Shown piece after piece: positions 27,125 to 36,656 of a DNA stretch of 64,000 nucleotides. The stretch's first letter is position 1. Every line of letters starts with the position of its first letter. The stretch comes from Thermoplasmata archaeon. GTDB taxonomy: Archaea > Thermoplasmatota > Thermoplasmata > Lutacidiplasmatales > UBA184. A program made the position numbers and the translations under genes. The notes under the pieces are model-generated. The model saw nothing but the letters and a program-made list of their open reading frames with translations. It ran no database searches and was not told the DNA's origin. The stretch is taken from contig DATGZQ010000019.1 of the NCBI GenBank assembly GCA_035297125.1, forward strand, positions 12,940 to 76,939, in the 5' to 3' direction.

Positions 27125-27164
27125 CCCGACGCCGCCGACGGATTTATAGTTACGCCCCTATAGT
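27125..27164. promoter_or_regulatory. divergent promoter region with TATA boxes and an inverted repeat
   Basis: The only AT-rich patch nearby reads TTTATAGTTACGCCCCTATAGTAAGTATAGAAAAG. It contains CTATA-gtaag-TATAG (5-bp arms). AACTATAAA on the minus strand sits 20-27 bp from the HxlR ATG. Confidence 0.4.
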
Positions 27165-27257
27165 AAGTATAGAAAAGTTACCTCTCGTGACATTTCGGGC
27201 GGCGCGAAGGCGGTCGGTGCCGGAGTACGTTTTCTCCGAGCGTGTCCGTCCGTCCGC

Positions 27258-27887
27258 ATGACCGCGCGTCGGCGTGAAGTCGAGCTGTCCGTGGAGCGGC
27301 CGGTCGGCCCCGGCGCACCGCCGGGCAGCGTCGCTCGCCTGGCCGCCCGGTTCGACGCGGGTCCCGGCGGCGAGGGTCCCACGCCCTCCGAGCTACGGAC
27401 CGCGCTCGACGAGCTCTCCGCCGACCTCGACGCGCTGGTCGGCCCGCTTCTCGCGGCCGCGCCCATCTCCCGGCCCGACCGGGAGCTGACCGAGCTCGTC
27501 GAGACGTACCGTCCTCGGCAACGGGACCTCGTCGACCTCCTGCGGGACGACGGCGAGCTCACCCCCACCGAACACGAACAGTTGATCGCATACCTCGAGG
27601 CGCGACCCGCCGCGGGCGCTCCGGCCCCCCGCAGTCCGGAACAGATCGTAGAGCGCCCGATTGCGTCCGTGCCGATCGCAGCCGCCCCTCTCGCGGTCGA
27701 GCGTTCGCTCCCGGCGTCCCGACCGGTAGCCGAGCTGCTGCGAACGTACCAGATCAATTCCCTACGGCAGGCGGGTGCCGTCCGCGCCCGGCGACAGATC
27801 TCGTTCGCCGAGTACATGGCCCTCAAGCGCCACTTCGAGGAGACCGAGCGGGGCTCGCACTCGACTCCCGAGGGCGGCTCCGGTTAG
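27258..27887 (+). CDS. hypothetical protein (no recognisable domain)
   Basis: 209 aa. Non-antisense composition, divergent from HxlR. Acidic with predicted helical segments. Confidence 0.4.
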   Translation: MTARRREVELSVERPVGPGAPPGSVARLAARFDAGPGGEGPTPSELRTALDELSADLDALVGPLLAAAPISRPDRELTELVETYRPRQRDLVDLLRDDGELTPTEHEQLIAYLEARPAAGAPAPRSPEQIVERPIASVPIAAAPLAVERSLPASRPVAELLRTYQINSLRQAGAVRARRQISFAEYMALKRHFEETERGSHSTPEGGSG

Positions 27888-29263
27888 CCCTTCCCCTTGG
27901 CCGGCGCGGCGGGCGGGCGCCAGAGGGACATCGCGACCAGACCGACGTCCGTTATTCCGGGTCGCATCGCGAGCGGCCGAGTCTCGTCCGGCGTTGGGGT
28001 CGCCTCGGAGTCTGACGGGGCTCCCACGACCCATCCGCCAGGATCGCCCGGATCGTCGGGGTCGTTCGGCAGTCGCAGCGGCCCGGCGGTGCGCAGGAGG
28101 CTGACGCTCAGCTCACGCCGGCGAAGACCGGCGCGAGCCCGCTGGAGGAACTCCCAGCAGGGCAGGGTGTCGTCGACGCCCTCGGGAAGGTCGAGGGTCG
28201 TCATCGCGAACGTCGCGTACCCCTTCGTGCGCCCGGGCGGGGCCGACCGCCCTTCCTCGAGGAACGTTTCGGTCCGTGCGAGCAGCTGGTCGGCCGCCGC
28301 GTCGGGAGGCTCCCGCATCTCGAGAGAGGCCAGCCGGGCGGTCCACCCCTTGTCGAACGCGGCGTCCGCAGCCCCTCGGAGGGCGTCGGCCGGGCCCGTG
28401 ACCAGCACCGGCCGACGCAGGCTGGGCGGGAGCGGTGCCGCGGGCGCACCGGCCCTAAGCGCCTCGACCGCCGTGGCCGGCAGGCGGGCCGCGAGGCCGA
28501 CCCGTTCGATCACAGCCCGCGCTTCCGCGCGTTCGTTGGGAGCGATCGGGGTGAACGGTCCTCCTCCCAGGAGCGCGGGGCCGTCCCCGCGGTCGACCAT
28601 CAGCACCTCGATATCGGCCGCCGTGGACGCCGGTAGGAGGCGGCCTCCGACGCCGCCCGAGCCCAGCACCCTCGCGAGGAGCATCACCTCGGCACCGGTC
28701 GCGCCGAACCCGTGCGCCTCTTCGAGGACGCGGGAGAATTCGGCGGGGGTCACGCCCGGCGGCGGCAGCAGGAGCCCGCGGAGCGCCCCGGGAGAGAGGA
28801 GGACAAGGAGGAGGTCGGACGCGCGGAGCCCGGCGGCGATCTCCCGTACCGCCCCGACCACCGCGGGCGCCTCTTCCGCCCCGCCCCATCCCGCGGGGAG
28901 CTCCGCGACCCGGAACGGAATGTTGGGGGCGCCGGGCTCGGGACCCGCGAGGTATCCCTGGGTCAGGCGCTCCCCGAAGACGTCGAGCGCGGCTAGCGCC
29001 ATCGAGTTCGCCGCGTGGCCGACGGCGACGAACGCGACCTCCCGGTAACGGCCGTCCGCCACGAACCGGTTCCCGACGCGCAGGATGCCGCGCTCCCGGC
29101 GCAGGGCGATGCGGAGGAACCGGTAGACGTCGGCTCCGGCCACCGCCGCCCGGTAGCAGATCGCGTGGAGCGCGTCCGGCCCGACCGGGTCGGGAGTCGT
29201 GGCCTGGGCCGTTTCCCAAGGCAGCCGCGCGCTCACACCGACCGGACCGGGGAGTAGGGTCAA
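27884..29263 (-). CDS. glycerate kinase, MOFRL family (DUF4147 plus MOFRL domains)
   Basis: 459 aa. GRYREVAFVAVGHAANSMA, LLVLLSPGA and the C-terminal MOFRL region. Confidence 0.7.
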   Translation of the reverse strand: MTLLPGPVGVSARLPWETAQATTPDPVGPDALHAICYRAAVAGADVYRFLRIALRRERGILRVGNRFVADGRYREVAFVAVGHAANSMALAALDVFGERLTQGYLAGPEPGAPNIPFRVAELPAGWGGAEEAPAVVGAVREIAAGLRASDLLLVLLSPGALRGLLLPPPGVTPAEFSRVLEEAHGFGATGAEVMLLARVLGSGGVGGRLLPASTAADIEVLMVDRGDGPALLGGGPFTPIAPNERAEARAVIERVGLAARLPATAVEALRAGAPAAPLPPSLRRPVLVTGPADALRGAADAAFDKGWTARLASLEMREPPDAAADQLLARTETFLEEGRSAPPGRTKGYATFAMTTLDLPEGVDDTLPCWEFLQRARAGLRRRELSVSLLRTAGPLRLPNDPDDPGDPGGWVVGAPSDSEATPTPDETRPLAMRPGITDVGLVAMSLWRPPAAPAKGKG

Positions 29264-29288
29264 TACGGTGGCGGGCGCGACTCCGCCG

Positions 29289-30455
29289 TCAGCCCAGCTG
29301 CAGCCGCTCCACGGCCGGGGCTGCCGTCCCGTGGAGGAAGCGCGCGGGAGAGAACTCCTCCGGGTCGAGGTCGACCTTCTCCCCGAGGACCGCGGCCGCG
29401 ACCCTCCGGGTCGCCGCCGGCGCGAGCATGAAACCGTGCCCGCCGAACCCGTTCGCGTGGACGAACCCCGCGAGGCGGGGGTCCTCCCCGATCACCGGGA
29501 GCCCGTCGGGAGTGTCGTCGTAGTAGCCGGTCCATGCGCGGAGGACGTTGAGCCTCGCGAGCCGCGGGATCAGACCGACCATGGCCCGCGCCATTCCCGT
29601 GAGGAACCGCGGCGAGCTCGGCACACCCCGGGCGGTTCCCGGCGCGTGCGGGACGGTGAGGCCACCGACGAGCTCCCCGCGCATCGTCTGGCTGAAGTAG
29701 AGGCCGTCCGAGGTCCGGACGACCATCGGTACGAGGAATGGTTTCATCGGCTCCGTCGCGAGGATCTCGTGACGCGAGGCGACGTTGGGCGTGGAAAGGC
29801 CGGCCCGTTGGGAGAACTCGGAGGACCATCCGCCCGCCGCGTTTACGACGGAGGATGCCCGCACGGTCCCTTCGGAGGTGACGACGCCCTCCACGCGTCC
29901 GTCGCGCGCGACCACGCCGAGCGCGTCCACGCCCAGCGCGACCTCGACCCCGAGCGACCGGGCCGTCTCGTAGACGCCCCAGACCGCCGGGAACGGGTAC
30001 AGCGTTCCGTCGCTCCTCAGATAGACCCCTCCGACCGTCGACCCGGGCGCGATCCCGTCGACCCGCCGGGCGACCTCCTCGGGCGTGAGGACCTCCGACG
30101 GGAGCCCCTCGGACCGGACGATCTCGTGGACCCGGCGGAGCCGGCCGAGCTCGGTCTCGTTCTCGGCCAGGAACAGGTACCCTCCCTGGCGGAACCAGAT
30201 GTTGTAGCCGAACTCGATGCCGAACCGCCGCCAGTCGGAGACCGCCTCGCGCGCAAGGCGGATCGTCGACCGGGTCTCCCACTGCTGGCGAACGCCCCCG
30301 CCGTTTCGGCCGGAGCCGCCGCTGGAGAGGAACCCCCGGTCGACCACGAGGATCGGTCCGGCTCCGGCGCGGGCGAGCCGGACCGCGGTGAACAGGCCGA
30401 CGATGCCGGCACCGACGACGACGGTGCGGTACGCGTTGGCCCTGAGCGGCGTCAC
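29289..30455 (-). CDS. FAD-dependent oxidoreductase, sarcosine oxidase/L-proline dehydrogenase beta-subunit-like
   Basis: GTG at 30455 overlaps the upstream stop as GTGA. Rossmann motif VVVGAGIVGLFTA. DAO-family C-terminus GFGGHGFMLAP. Confidence 0.7.
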   Translation of the reverse strand: MTPLRANAYRTVVVGAGIVGLFTAVRLARAGAGPILVVDRGFLSSGGSGRNGGGVRQQWETRSTIRLAREAVSDWRRFGIEFGYNIWFRQGGYLFLAENETELGRLRRVHEIVRSEGLPSEVLTPEEVARRVDGIAPGSTVGGVYLRSDGTLYPFPAVWGVYETARSLGVEVALGVDALGVVARDGRVEGVVTSEGTVRASSVVNAAGGWSSEFSQRAGLSTPNVASRHEILATEPMKPFLVPMVVRTSDGLYFSQTMRGELVGGLTVPHAPGTARGVPSSPRFLTGMARAMVGLIPRLARLNVLRAWTGYYDDTPDGLPVIGEDPRLAGFVHANGFGGHGFMLAPAATRRVAAAVLGEKVDLDPEEFSPARFLHGTAAPAVERLQLG

Positions 30456-32116
30456 GTGACCCCGTTGTCCGCGAACTCCTCGTGCACGACCGCGAGGGCG
30501 GAGAGCGGCGTGGGCACGAGCGGGGGACGTTGCCGGATGTACCCGACCTCGGGCGCGGGGCGCCCTTCGAGGTGGGCGAGGAGGAGGAGCGCGTCGGGGA
30601 GGCAGTAGCGGCCCTGACAGAGTCCGGTCCCGACTCCCGTGTACCGCTTCATCACCTCGATGCCGCGGAACCCGGCCTTGGACGCGTCCTCGAGGTCCTC
30701 GAGGAGGACGTCCTCGCACGGGCAGACGATCCACTTTCCCGTTCGCGGCTCCTTCAGGAGCTCCCGGTAGTACTCCCCGAGGTCCGCGGAGACGTCCACC
30801 GCCCCGGGTGCAGTCGGGGTCGTCTCCGCCCTGACGCCCGCGGCGGACGAAGCCGCCCGCTCGCCGCTCGTGCCGCGTTCGTCGGCGGCGAACCCCGCCA
30901 CCGTCCCAGCGACGTACAGCCCGGGTACTGTGGTTCCTCCGGTCGCGTCGACCACCGGGAAGTAGCTTCCCGGGTCGGGTCGCCAGACCATCCGGGCGTC
31001 GGCCTGGAAAAGCAGTTGCGCGTTCGGGAGGCGCCGGTGGGCAAGGACGACCGTGTCGCACGCCAGGGAGAACCGGGTGTCCTGGCCGCGGGTCCGGAGG
31101 TCGAGGGACCGGACGCGCGAGCGGCCTACCGCCCGGACGACCAGAGAACGAGGGTAGAGAGGGATCGAGAGCTCGGACGCACGCCGGACAACGTCGGGGG
31201 AGATTTCGCCCGGGGCGACGACCGCGGTGACCGAGGGCCCGATCAGATCGAGAGCTTCGCGAGCCCTGCGACCCCCTCCCACCACGACCGCCCGCCGGAT
31301 CGGGAGGCGCCCCCCGCGCGGCGCCATGCGGGTGAGAAGGTCGGCGGCCATCACCCCGGGGCGGTCGCCCCCCTCGAAGAGGAGCGAGCCATCGTACCCT
31401 CCGGTGGCGAGGACGACCGTCTTCGCACGGATCGAGACCCCTCGGTCGGGCTCTTCGAAGCCGAGGAGGACGAACGGTCTCGGCGCCGTCGGGCGCGGAG
31501 GCGGGAGGAACGTGACGGTGGTGCGGGGAGCAAGGTCGGAGCCCGGGATGTCGATGACCTCCAGCGCCCGGTCGATAACGAGGGGACGGATCCCGCGCCG
31601 AACGAGGGCCTCCGCGGCGGCCCGGCCGGAGGTGCCGGCGCCGACGATCACGACGTCCGTATCCCAGCGGTGCGCGATCGCGCTCGGCGCTCCGTCCGGG
31701 ATCGGATCGGGCACCGCCCCGTACCCGGCGAGCCGGCGTCCGACCCGCTGGAAGGCGCGGGTCGCCCAAGCCGGCCGTCGGAACCCCCGCAGGGTGTCGA
31801 GACCGCGCGGGAACACGACGTCGATTGCTCCCAGGACGTCCCACCGCGGGCTTGGCCAGGCGTTCTCGGTCTCTACCCGGTCCCCTTCCTCCACGACGTG
31901 GCGGCAGGCCCGGACGTTCGGGCGGCCGTTCACCCGCACAAGGCAGCCCGTGCAGTGGCCGAGCCCGCAGAACGGGCCCCGGGGCCGATGGCAGCGGACC
32001 GAGCGTACGACGTTGGGGAGCTCCTGCTCGGCGAGCGCGGCCAGCAGCGTGTCGCCAGAGGAAGCGGTACGGGCTCGGCCGCGAAAGCGAAACCGTCGGG
32101 TCACTGGGTCGGCCAT
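30452..32116 (-). CDS. sarcosine oxidase/L-proline dehydrogenase alpha-subunit-like iron-sulfur flavoprotein
   Basis: N-terminal 2Fe-2S-like CGLGHCTGCLVRVNGRPNVRAC. Two Rossmann segments, VVIVGAGTSG and VVVGGGRRA. C-terminal BFD-like CPCEDV...GLCQGRYC. Preferred ATG is at 32116 (MADPV), while the ORF track starts at TTG 32131. A TATA box lies at 32145-32154. Confidence 0.7.
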   Translation of the reverse strand: MADPVTRRFRFRGRARTASSGDTLLAALAEQELPNVVRSVRCHRPRGPFCGLGHCTGCLVRVNGRPNVRACRHVVEEGDRVETENAWPSPRWDVLGAIDVVFPRGLDTLRGFRRPAWATRAFQRVGRRLAGYGAVPDPIPDGAPSAIAHRWDTDVVIVGAGTSGRAAAEALVRRGIRPLVIDRALEVIDIPGSDLAPRTTVTFLPPPRPTAPRPFVLLGFEEPDRGVSIRAKTVVLATGGYDGSLLFEGGDRPGVMAADLLTRMAPRGGRLPIRRAVVVGGGRRAREALDLIGPSVTAVVAPGEISPDVVRRASELSIPLYPRSLVVRAVGRSRVRSLDLRTRGQDTRFSLACDTVVLAHRRLPNAQLLFQADARMVWRPDPGSYFPVVDATGGTTVPGLYVAGTVAGFAADERGTSGERAASSAAGVRAETTPTAPGAVDVSADLGEYYRELLKEPRTGKWIVCPCEDVLLEDLEDASKAGFRGIEVMKRYTGVGTGLCQGRYCLPDALLLLAHLEGRPAPEVGYIRQRPPLVPTPLSALAVVHEEFADNGVT

Positions 32117-32144
32117 CGAGCGAGCGGCCAAGACCGCCTCCGCG

Positions 32145-32154
32145 TCTATTTACC
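32145..32154 (-). promoter_or_regulatory. TATA box (GGTAAATAG on minus strand) for the alpha-like gene
   Basis: The same GCTATTTAC-class motif lies about 28 bp upstream of ATG 32116. Confidence 0.4.
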
Positions 32155-32216
32155 CTCCCGCCCGGACGAGGAGACGGAGGGACCCCGCGCCCACGGGCGT
32201 CGCTTCGCGACCGAGG

Positions 32217-32226
32217 CTATATAGAG
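32217..32226 (+). promoter_or_regulatory. TATA box for the PhoU-like gene (leaderless)
   Basis: CTATATAGAG lies 30 bp upstream of ATG 32254. Confidence 0.45.
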
Positions 32227-32253
32227 ACAGGAGGGTCCCACCCCGTACGTAGC

Positions 32254-33333
32254 ATGCGGAGCAGCGGAGGCTTCCACGGACGCCGGATCCAGAAGACCGG
32301 CGGTTCGACGTTCATCATCTCCCTACCGAAGAACTGGGTCCTCGCCCGGGGCCTGGGAGCGGGGGACGTACTGTTCTTCACGCCGCGCGCGGACGGGTCG
32401 CTCACCGTGTTCGCCGAGTCGAGGACCCCTTCGGAGGCGGAGCGGCGGGTCGTGGAGGTGTCGAACGACGCCGACAAGGACCACCTGTTCCGGCGACTGA
32501 TCGCGGAGTACATCGCCGGGTACCCGCTCCTCGAGGTCCGGACCCACGGACGCATGAGCGCGCGCACCCGCGAGGTGGTCCGAAACTTCGCGCAGCGGAT
32601 GATCGGTCCCGAGATCCTCGAGGAGACCGCCGAGTCCGTGATCCTTCAGGACGTAGTCGGAGCGAACCCGCTTCCGATCCCCTCCATCATCCGCCGCATG
32701 CACCAGATGGTCCGCGCGATGCACACGGACGCGATGGCCGCCCTCCGCGCCCGCGACCTCGCGATCGCGCGGGACGTGGAGGAGCGCGACTGGGAGGTCG
32801 ACCGCCTCCACTGGTTCCTCGAAAAGCAGGTGACGAGCGCGCTCAGGGACGCCCGCATCCTCGCGACCCTCGACCTCACGCTCCCGGAATGCTCCACCTA
32901 CCTGCTCGCCTCGCGCATCCTCGAGCGGATCGCCGACCACGCCGTGCGGATCGCCGGGGCGGTCACGATCCTCGGTAAGGAGACGCTGCCCGAGCGGATC
33001 GTCGCCGAGCTCGAGCGGATGGCGACCGAGGCCGCGAGCGGACTCGTGGACGCGCTCGACAGCCTCGACTCTCGGAACATCGAGAAGGCGAACGCGGTGA
33101 TCGATGCGGCCCACGAGCTCACCCGCCAGCGCGACCACGTTCTCCACGAGCTGACGCTGAAGCGGGGACGGCTCGCGGTCGGGCTCGCCTACGTTCTCGA
33201 GAGCCTGGAGCGCTCGGCGTTCTACGCGAGCGACCTCGCCGAGATCGCGATCAACCGGGCGGTGGAGACCCCGTCGCGGCTCGAGGATCTTTCGGTCCGC
33301 GCGCCCGCGATCGCAGTACCCACCCGTCCCTGA
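32254..33333 (+). CDS. PhoU-domain regulator with N-terminal SpoVT/AbrB-type DNA-binding domain
   Basis: N-terminal swapped-hairpin motif IQKTGGSTFIISLPKNWVLARGLGAGD. The C-terminal tandem PhoU-like helices carry DxxxD-type segments (ERIADHAVRIAG). Confidence 0.7.
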   Translation: MRSSGGFHGRRIQKTGGSTFIISLPKNWVLARGLGAGDVLFFTPRADGSLTVFAESRTPSEAERRVVEVSNDADKDHLFRRLIAEYIAGYPLLEVRTHGRMSARTREVVRNFAQRMIGPEILEETAESVILQDVVGANPLPIPSIIRRMHQMVRAMHTDAMAALRARDLAIARDVEERDWEVDRLHWFLEKQVTSALRDARILATLDLTLPECSTYLLASRILERIADHAVRIAGAVTILGKETLPERIVAELERMATEAASGLVDALDSLDSRNIEKANAVIDAAHELTRQRDHVLHELTLKRGRLAVGLAYVLESLERSAFYASDLAEIAINRAVETPSRLEDLSVRAPAIAVPTRP

Positions 33334-33358
33334 GCGGGATTTCGCCGGGCGCAGCGCC

Positions 33359-34504
33359 CTAGCCCGGACGGCCGAGGATCGCGTCGAGGAGACCGCGGAC
33401 GTCGTCGACGTTGGGGACCCTGGGGTTCGCGAGCGCGGCGGGGGAGCGCAGGACGTTCGTCACGATCCGGTCCCGGTCCGTACGGACCCGCTCCGCCGGG
33501 ATCCCGGCAGCGACCAGCGTAGCAGGGACGCCCAGCCCGTCGTATAGGCGCCGGAGCCGCACGGCGAACGCGGGTCGCGTGCTGTCGTCGGGAGGGGCCG
33601 TGGCTGCGGCCAGCGCCTCGAGTCGCTCGCGGGCCGCAGGGCGGTCGAACTCGAGTACGTGCGGGAGCACGATTCCGAGGAGCCGGCCGTACGGCAGCGC
33701 CGTCGGTCGAACGAGAGCTCGGGCGAGCGCGTGGGCGAGCCCCCGCTGCGCGTTCGACGCCGCGAGCCCGGCCGAGGTCGCAGCGTAATGGAGCAGGCTC
33801 CGGGCGTCGGGGTCGTCGCTCCACCGGACGGCGTGGGGCAGTCGGTGCACGATCGTCGACACAGCGTGGAGGGCCAGGGCGTCCGAGAACGGGTTGGCCC
33901 AGGCGGAGAGGAACGCCTCCGTGGCGAGCGCTGCGGCCTCGAGCGCCCCCGACACAACCTCCGTCGGCGGGAGCGAGAGGGCGAACGCTGCGTCGACCAG
34001 AGCCCAGTGGGGCACCAGCGCCCGGTCCGCGAGCTCGACCGGGTCGCCGGCGCTCGAGAAGAGGTCAGACGTCCAGCTGACCTCGGCTCCGCTCCCGCTC
34101 GTGGTCGGGATCGCGACGAGCCGGGAACGGGGCGTTTCCGGCAGTCCGAGCACCGCCGGCGGCGCCCCGAGGTCGAGGTCCGGTCGCTCGAAGACGGCCC
34201 GCGCCGCCTTCGCGAGGTCGACCGTTCTCCCTCCTCCGATTGCGACAACCCAGTCGGGGTCGAACGTACGGAGCCGGTCCCGAAGCCCGACCGCCGACAC
34301 GATCTCGTCCGGGGCCTTCGTGTCGGACACGACCTCGACGACGGTCCCGGCCTTCTCGAGTTCCTCGAGCACCCGGCGGTGGCCGTCCTGCCGTGCCACG
34401 ACCGGGTCGACCAGCACGAGCGCTCGCCGGGAGCCCAGGGAGCTCAGCTGCTCGACCGCGCCGGGCCCCCAGGCAATCGAGGGCGAGGTGAAGAACGCCG
34501 TCAT
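33359..34504 (-). CDS. iron-containing alcohol dehydrogenase family protein
   Basis: 381 aa. VVAIGGGRTVDLAKAAR (GGGSxxD-like) and VAIPTTSGSGAEVS nucleotide/metal-site motifs. Confidence 0.7.
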   Translation of the reverse strand: MTAFFTSPSIAWGPGAVEQLSSLGSRRALVLVDPVVARQDGHRRVLEELEKAGTVVEVVSDTKAPDEIVSAVGLRDRLRTFDPDWVVAIGGGRTVDLAKAARAVFERPDLDLGAPPAVLGLPETPRSRLVAIPTTSGSGAEVSWTSDLFSSAGDPVELADRALVPHWALVDAAFALSLPPTEVVSGALEAAALATEAFLSAWANPFSDALALHAVSTIVHRLPHAVRWSDDPDARSLLHYAATSAGLAASNAQRGLAHALARALVRPTALPYGRLLGIVLPHVLEFDRPAARERLEALAAATAPPDDSTRPAFAVRLRRLYDGLGVPATLVAAGIPAERVRTDRDRIVTNVLRSPAALANPRVPNVDDVRGLLDAILGRPG

Positions 34505-34517
34505 TCCTCTCGCCCGC

Positions 34518-34823
34518 TCACGGGGCGTCGGGGCCCTCTCGACACCGTCGGCACGCGCCGGTGAGAGAGAAGGCGATGCGGTCGACGCTCCAGCCTTCCG
34601 GACGGAGAGCGGCGAGCTCGGTGAGGAGGTGTCGATCGAGCTCCGTGAGCTCGACCGGCTGGATCCGTCCGCAGACGCGGCAGACGATGTGGGAGTGCGG
34701 GTCCTCGGGATCGATCGGCTCGGCCACCCGCGGCCGGGGTAGCGGGGGGGCGGGAGGAGCGTGGGTCGATCGGACCGTACGTCGGGGGGGTGGGCGGGGC
34801 GCCGGTCGTCGCGCGGGCGCCAT
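34518..34823 (-). CDS. Fur-family C-terminal (metal-binding/dimerisation) domain-only protein
   Basis: About 100 aa. HSHIVCRVCGRIQPVELTELDRHLLTELAALRPEGWSVDRIAFSLTGACRRC aligns with the Fur C-terminal HHDHLxCxxCG...CxxC. The N-terminal 50 aa are Pro/Arg-rich with no winged helix. A TATA box at 34845-34854 lies 22 bp upstream. Confidence 0.35.
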   Translation of the reverse strand: MAPARRPAPRPPPRRTVRSTHAPPAPPLPRPRVAEPIDPEDPHSHIVCRVCGRIQPVELTELDRHLLTELAALRPEGWSVDRIAFSLTGACRRCREGPDAP

Positions 34824-34936
34824 CGGCGGCGTCGACCCCACCCCGCTATTTACCTTGGGCGAGCGCGGGTAGCCGACGGACCCGGTCCGGGGCCCGGTAG
34901 GCGCAGCCTCCGGGGGAAACGCTCCCGAGCGCGCGT

Positions 34937-36556
34937 TCAACCCTGGAACGGGCGCCGCCAGTCGTCCGGCAGCACAGCGCTCTCCTTGATGTTGCGGGGC
35001 GTCACCCAACGGAGCATGTTGAGGATCGACCCGGCCTTGTCGTTCGTCCCGGAGCGACGGGCGCCCCCGAACGGCTGGCGTCCGACGATCGCCCCGGTCG
35101 GCTTGTCGTTGATGTAGAAGTTCCCCGCGCTCCAGCGCAGCGCCGCCTCGGCCTTCGCGACCGCGGCCGTGTCGCGGCCGAAGACGGCTCCCGTAAGGGC
35201 GTACGGGGACGTCGTGTCGCAGAGCGCAAGGGTCTCCTCGAACTTCTCGTCCGGGTAGACGTAGACCGTGAGCACCGGGCCGAAGATCTCCTCCGACATC
35301 AGCTTCCCCTTCGGGTCCGTCGTGCGGATCACGGAAGGGCGGACGAACCAGCCCTTCGTGCGGTCGGTCCCTCCGTCGACCACGAACGAGTACTGCTTCG
35401 GATGGGCCCGCGCAAAATCGAGGTAGCGCTGGATGTTCGTGAACGCCGGCTCGTCGATCACCGCACCCATCAGGTTCTTGAGGTTGGCCACCGGGCCCAC
35501 GGGGACCTTCGGGACCTCCTCCTTCAGGATCCGCTCCACCTCCGGCCACCGGCTCGCGGGGATGTAGGCCCGGGAGCAGGCGGAGCACTTCTGGCCCTGG
35601 TACTCGAACGCGCCGCGCAGGAGGTTGATCGCGGTGCCGCGGGCGTCGGCGGACGGGTGCATGAAGATGAAGTCCTTGCCCCCGGTCTCGCCCACGATCC
35701 GCGGGAAGTTCCGGTACTTCTCGAGGTTAGCACCGACCCGCTTCCAGACGTGGACGAGGGTCTTGTAGCTCCCCGTGAAGTGGATCCCGGCCAGGTCGGG
35801 GTGGTCCAGCAGCACGTTCGCGTCCCTGCTCGAGAACGGGACGAAGTTGATGACCCCGGGCGGCAGGCCCGCCTCGACCAGGACCTTGAAGATCTCGTAG
35901 TTCGAGAGGATCACCGAGCGCGCCGGCTTCCAAAGGGCCACGTTGCCGACCATCGCGGGGGCGGTCGGAAGGTTGCCGGCGATCGAGTAGAAGTTGAACG
36001 GCGGGATGGCGAGGACGAACCCCTCGAGCGGGCGCCAATCGAACCGGTTGGTCTCTCCCGGGTACTGGTTCGGCTGGATCTCGTAGACCTGGCGCGTGAA
36101 GTGCGCGTTGAAGTTCCAGAAGTCCACGAGCTCGGCGAGGTCGATCTCCGCCTCGTACGGGTTCTTCGAGTGGTTGAGCATGACCGCCGCGATGTTCCGC
36201 GTCCGGCGCGGGCCCGCGAGCAGGGTAGCGGCCTTCACGAAGACCGCGACCCGGTGGTACCAGTCCGTCCGGGCCCAGGCCTCGTGCGCGGCCAGCGAGT
36301 TCTCCACCGCTTCCTTAAGCTCCTTCCGGCCGGCGAGATGAGCCCGGGCGAGGACGACGCCCGTATCGTCCGGACAGGGGACCTCGACCATCCTGCCCGT
36401 GCGGACCTCTCGACCGCCGATGATGAGCGGGATCTCGAGCGTGGACTTGCGCACCGCAGCGAGTTCTTCCTCGAGCCTTCGACGATCGACCGAGCCCGTC
36501 GCGTAGGACCGGATCGTGTTGACGTCGTTCACCGGCCGTTCGATGTTCCAGTTCAT
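34937..36556 (-). CDS. delta-1-pyrroline-5-carboxylate dehydrogenase (aldehyde dehydrogenase family)
   Basis: The ATG at 36556 gives MNWNIERPVNDV. ALDH catalytic Cys context QGQKCSACSR, EIFGPV and the overall RocA/PutA C-terminus-like sequence. The ORF track extends it 198 aa upstream, which I discount. Confidence 0.8.
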   Translation of the reverse strand: MNWNIERPVNDVNTIRSYATGSVDRRRLEEELAAVRKSTLEIPLIIGGREVRTGRMVEVPCPDDTGVVLARAHLAGRKELKEAVENSLAAHEAWARTDWYHRVAVFVKAATLLAGPRRTRNIAAVMLNHSKNPYEAEIDLAELVDFWNFNAHFTRQVYEIQPNQYPGETNRFDWRPLEGFVLAIPPFNFYSIAGNLPTAPAMVGNVALWKPARSVILSNYEIFKVLVEAGLPPGVINFVPFSSRDANVLLDHPDLAGIHFTGSYKTLVHVWKRVGANLEKYRNFPRIVGETGGKDFIFMHPSADARGTAINLLRGAFEYQGQKCSACSRAYIPASRWPEVERILKEEVPKVPVGPVANLKNLMGAVIDEPAFTNIQRYLDFARAHPKQYSFVVDGGTDRTKGWFVRPSVIRTTDPKGKLMSEEIFGPVLTVYVYPDEKFEETLALCDTTSPYALTGAVFGRDTAAVAKAEAALRWSAGNFYINDKPTGAIVGRQPFGGARRSGTNDKAGSILNMLRWVTPRNIKESAVLPDDWRRPFQG

Positions 36557-36656
36557 GTCCGGCACGAAGCCCCCGACGGGGCTAACGGTATCGTCAACTA
36601 ACTTTGATGCGGAGTTTAAGGCGCCTCCCCTCCCTGAAACGGACGAGAGGTCTCCG

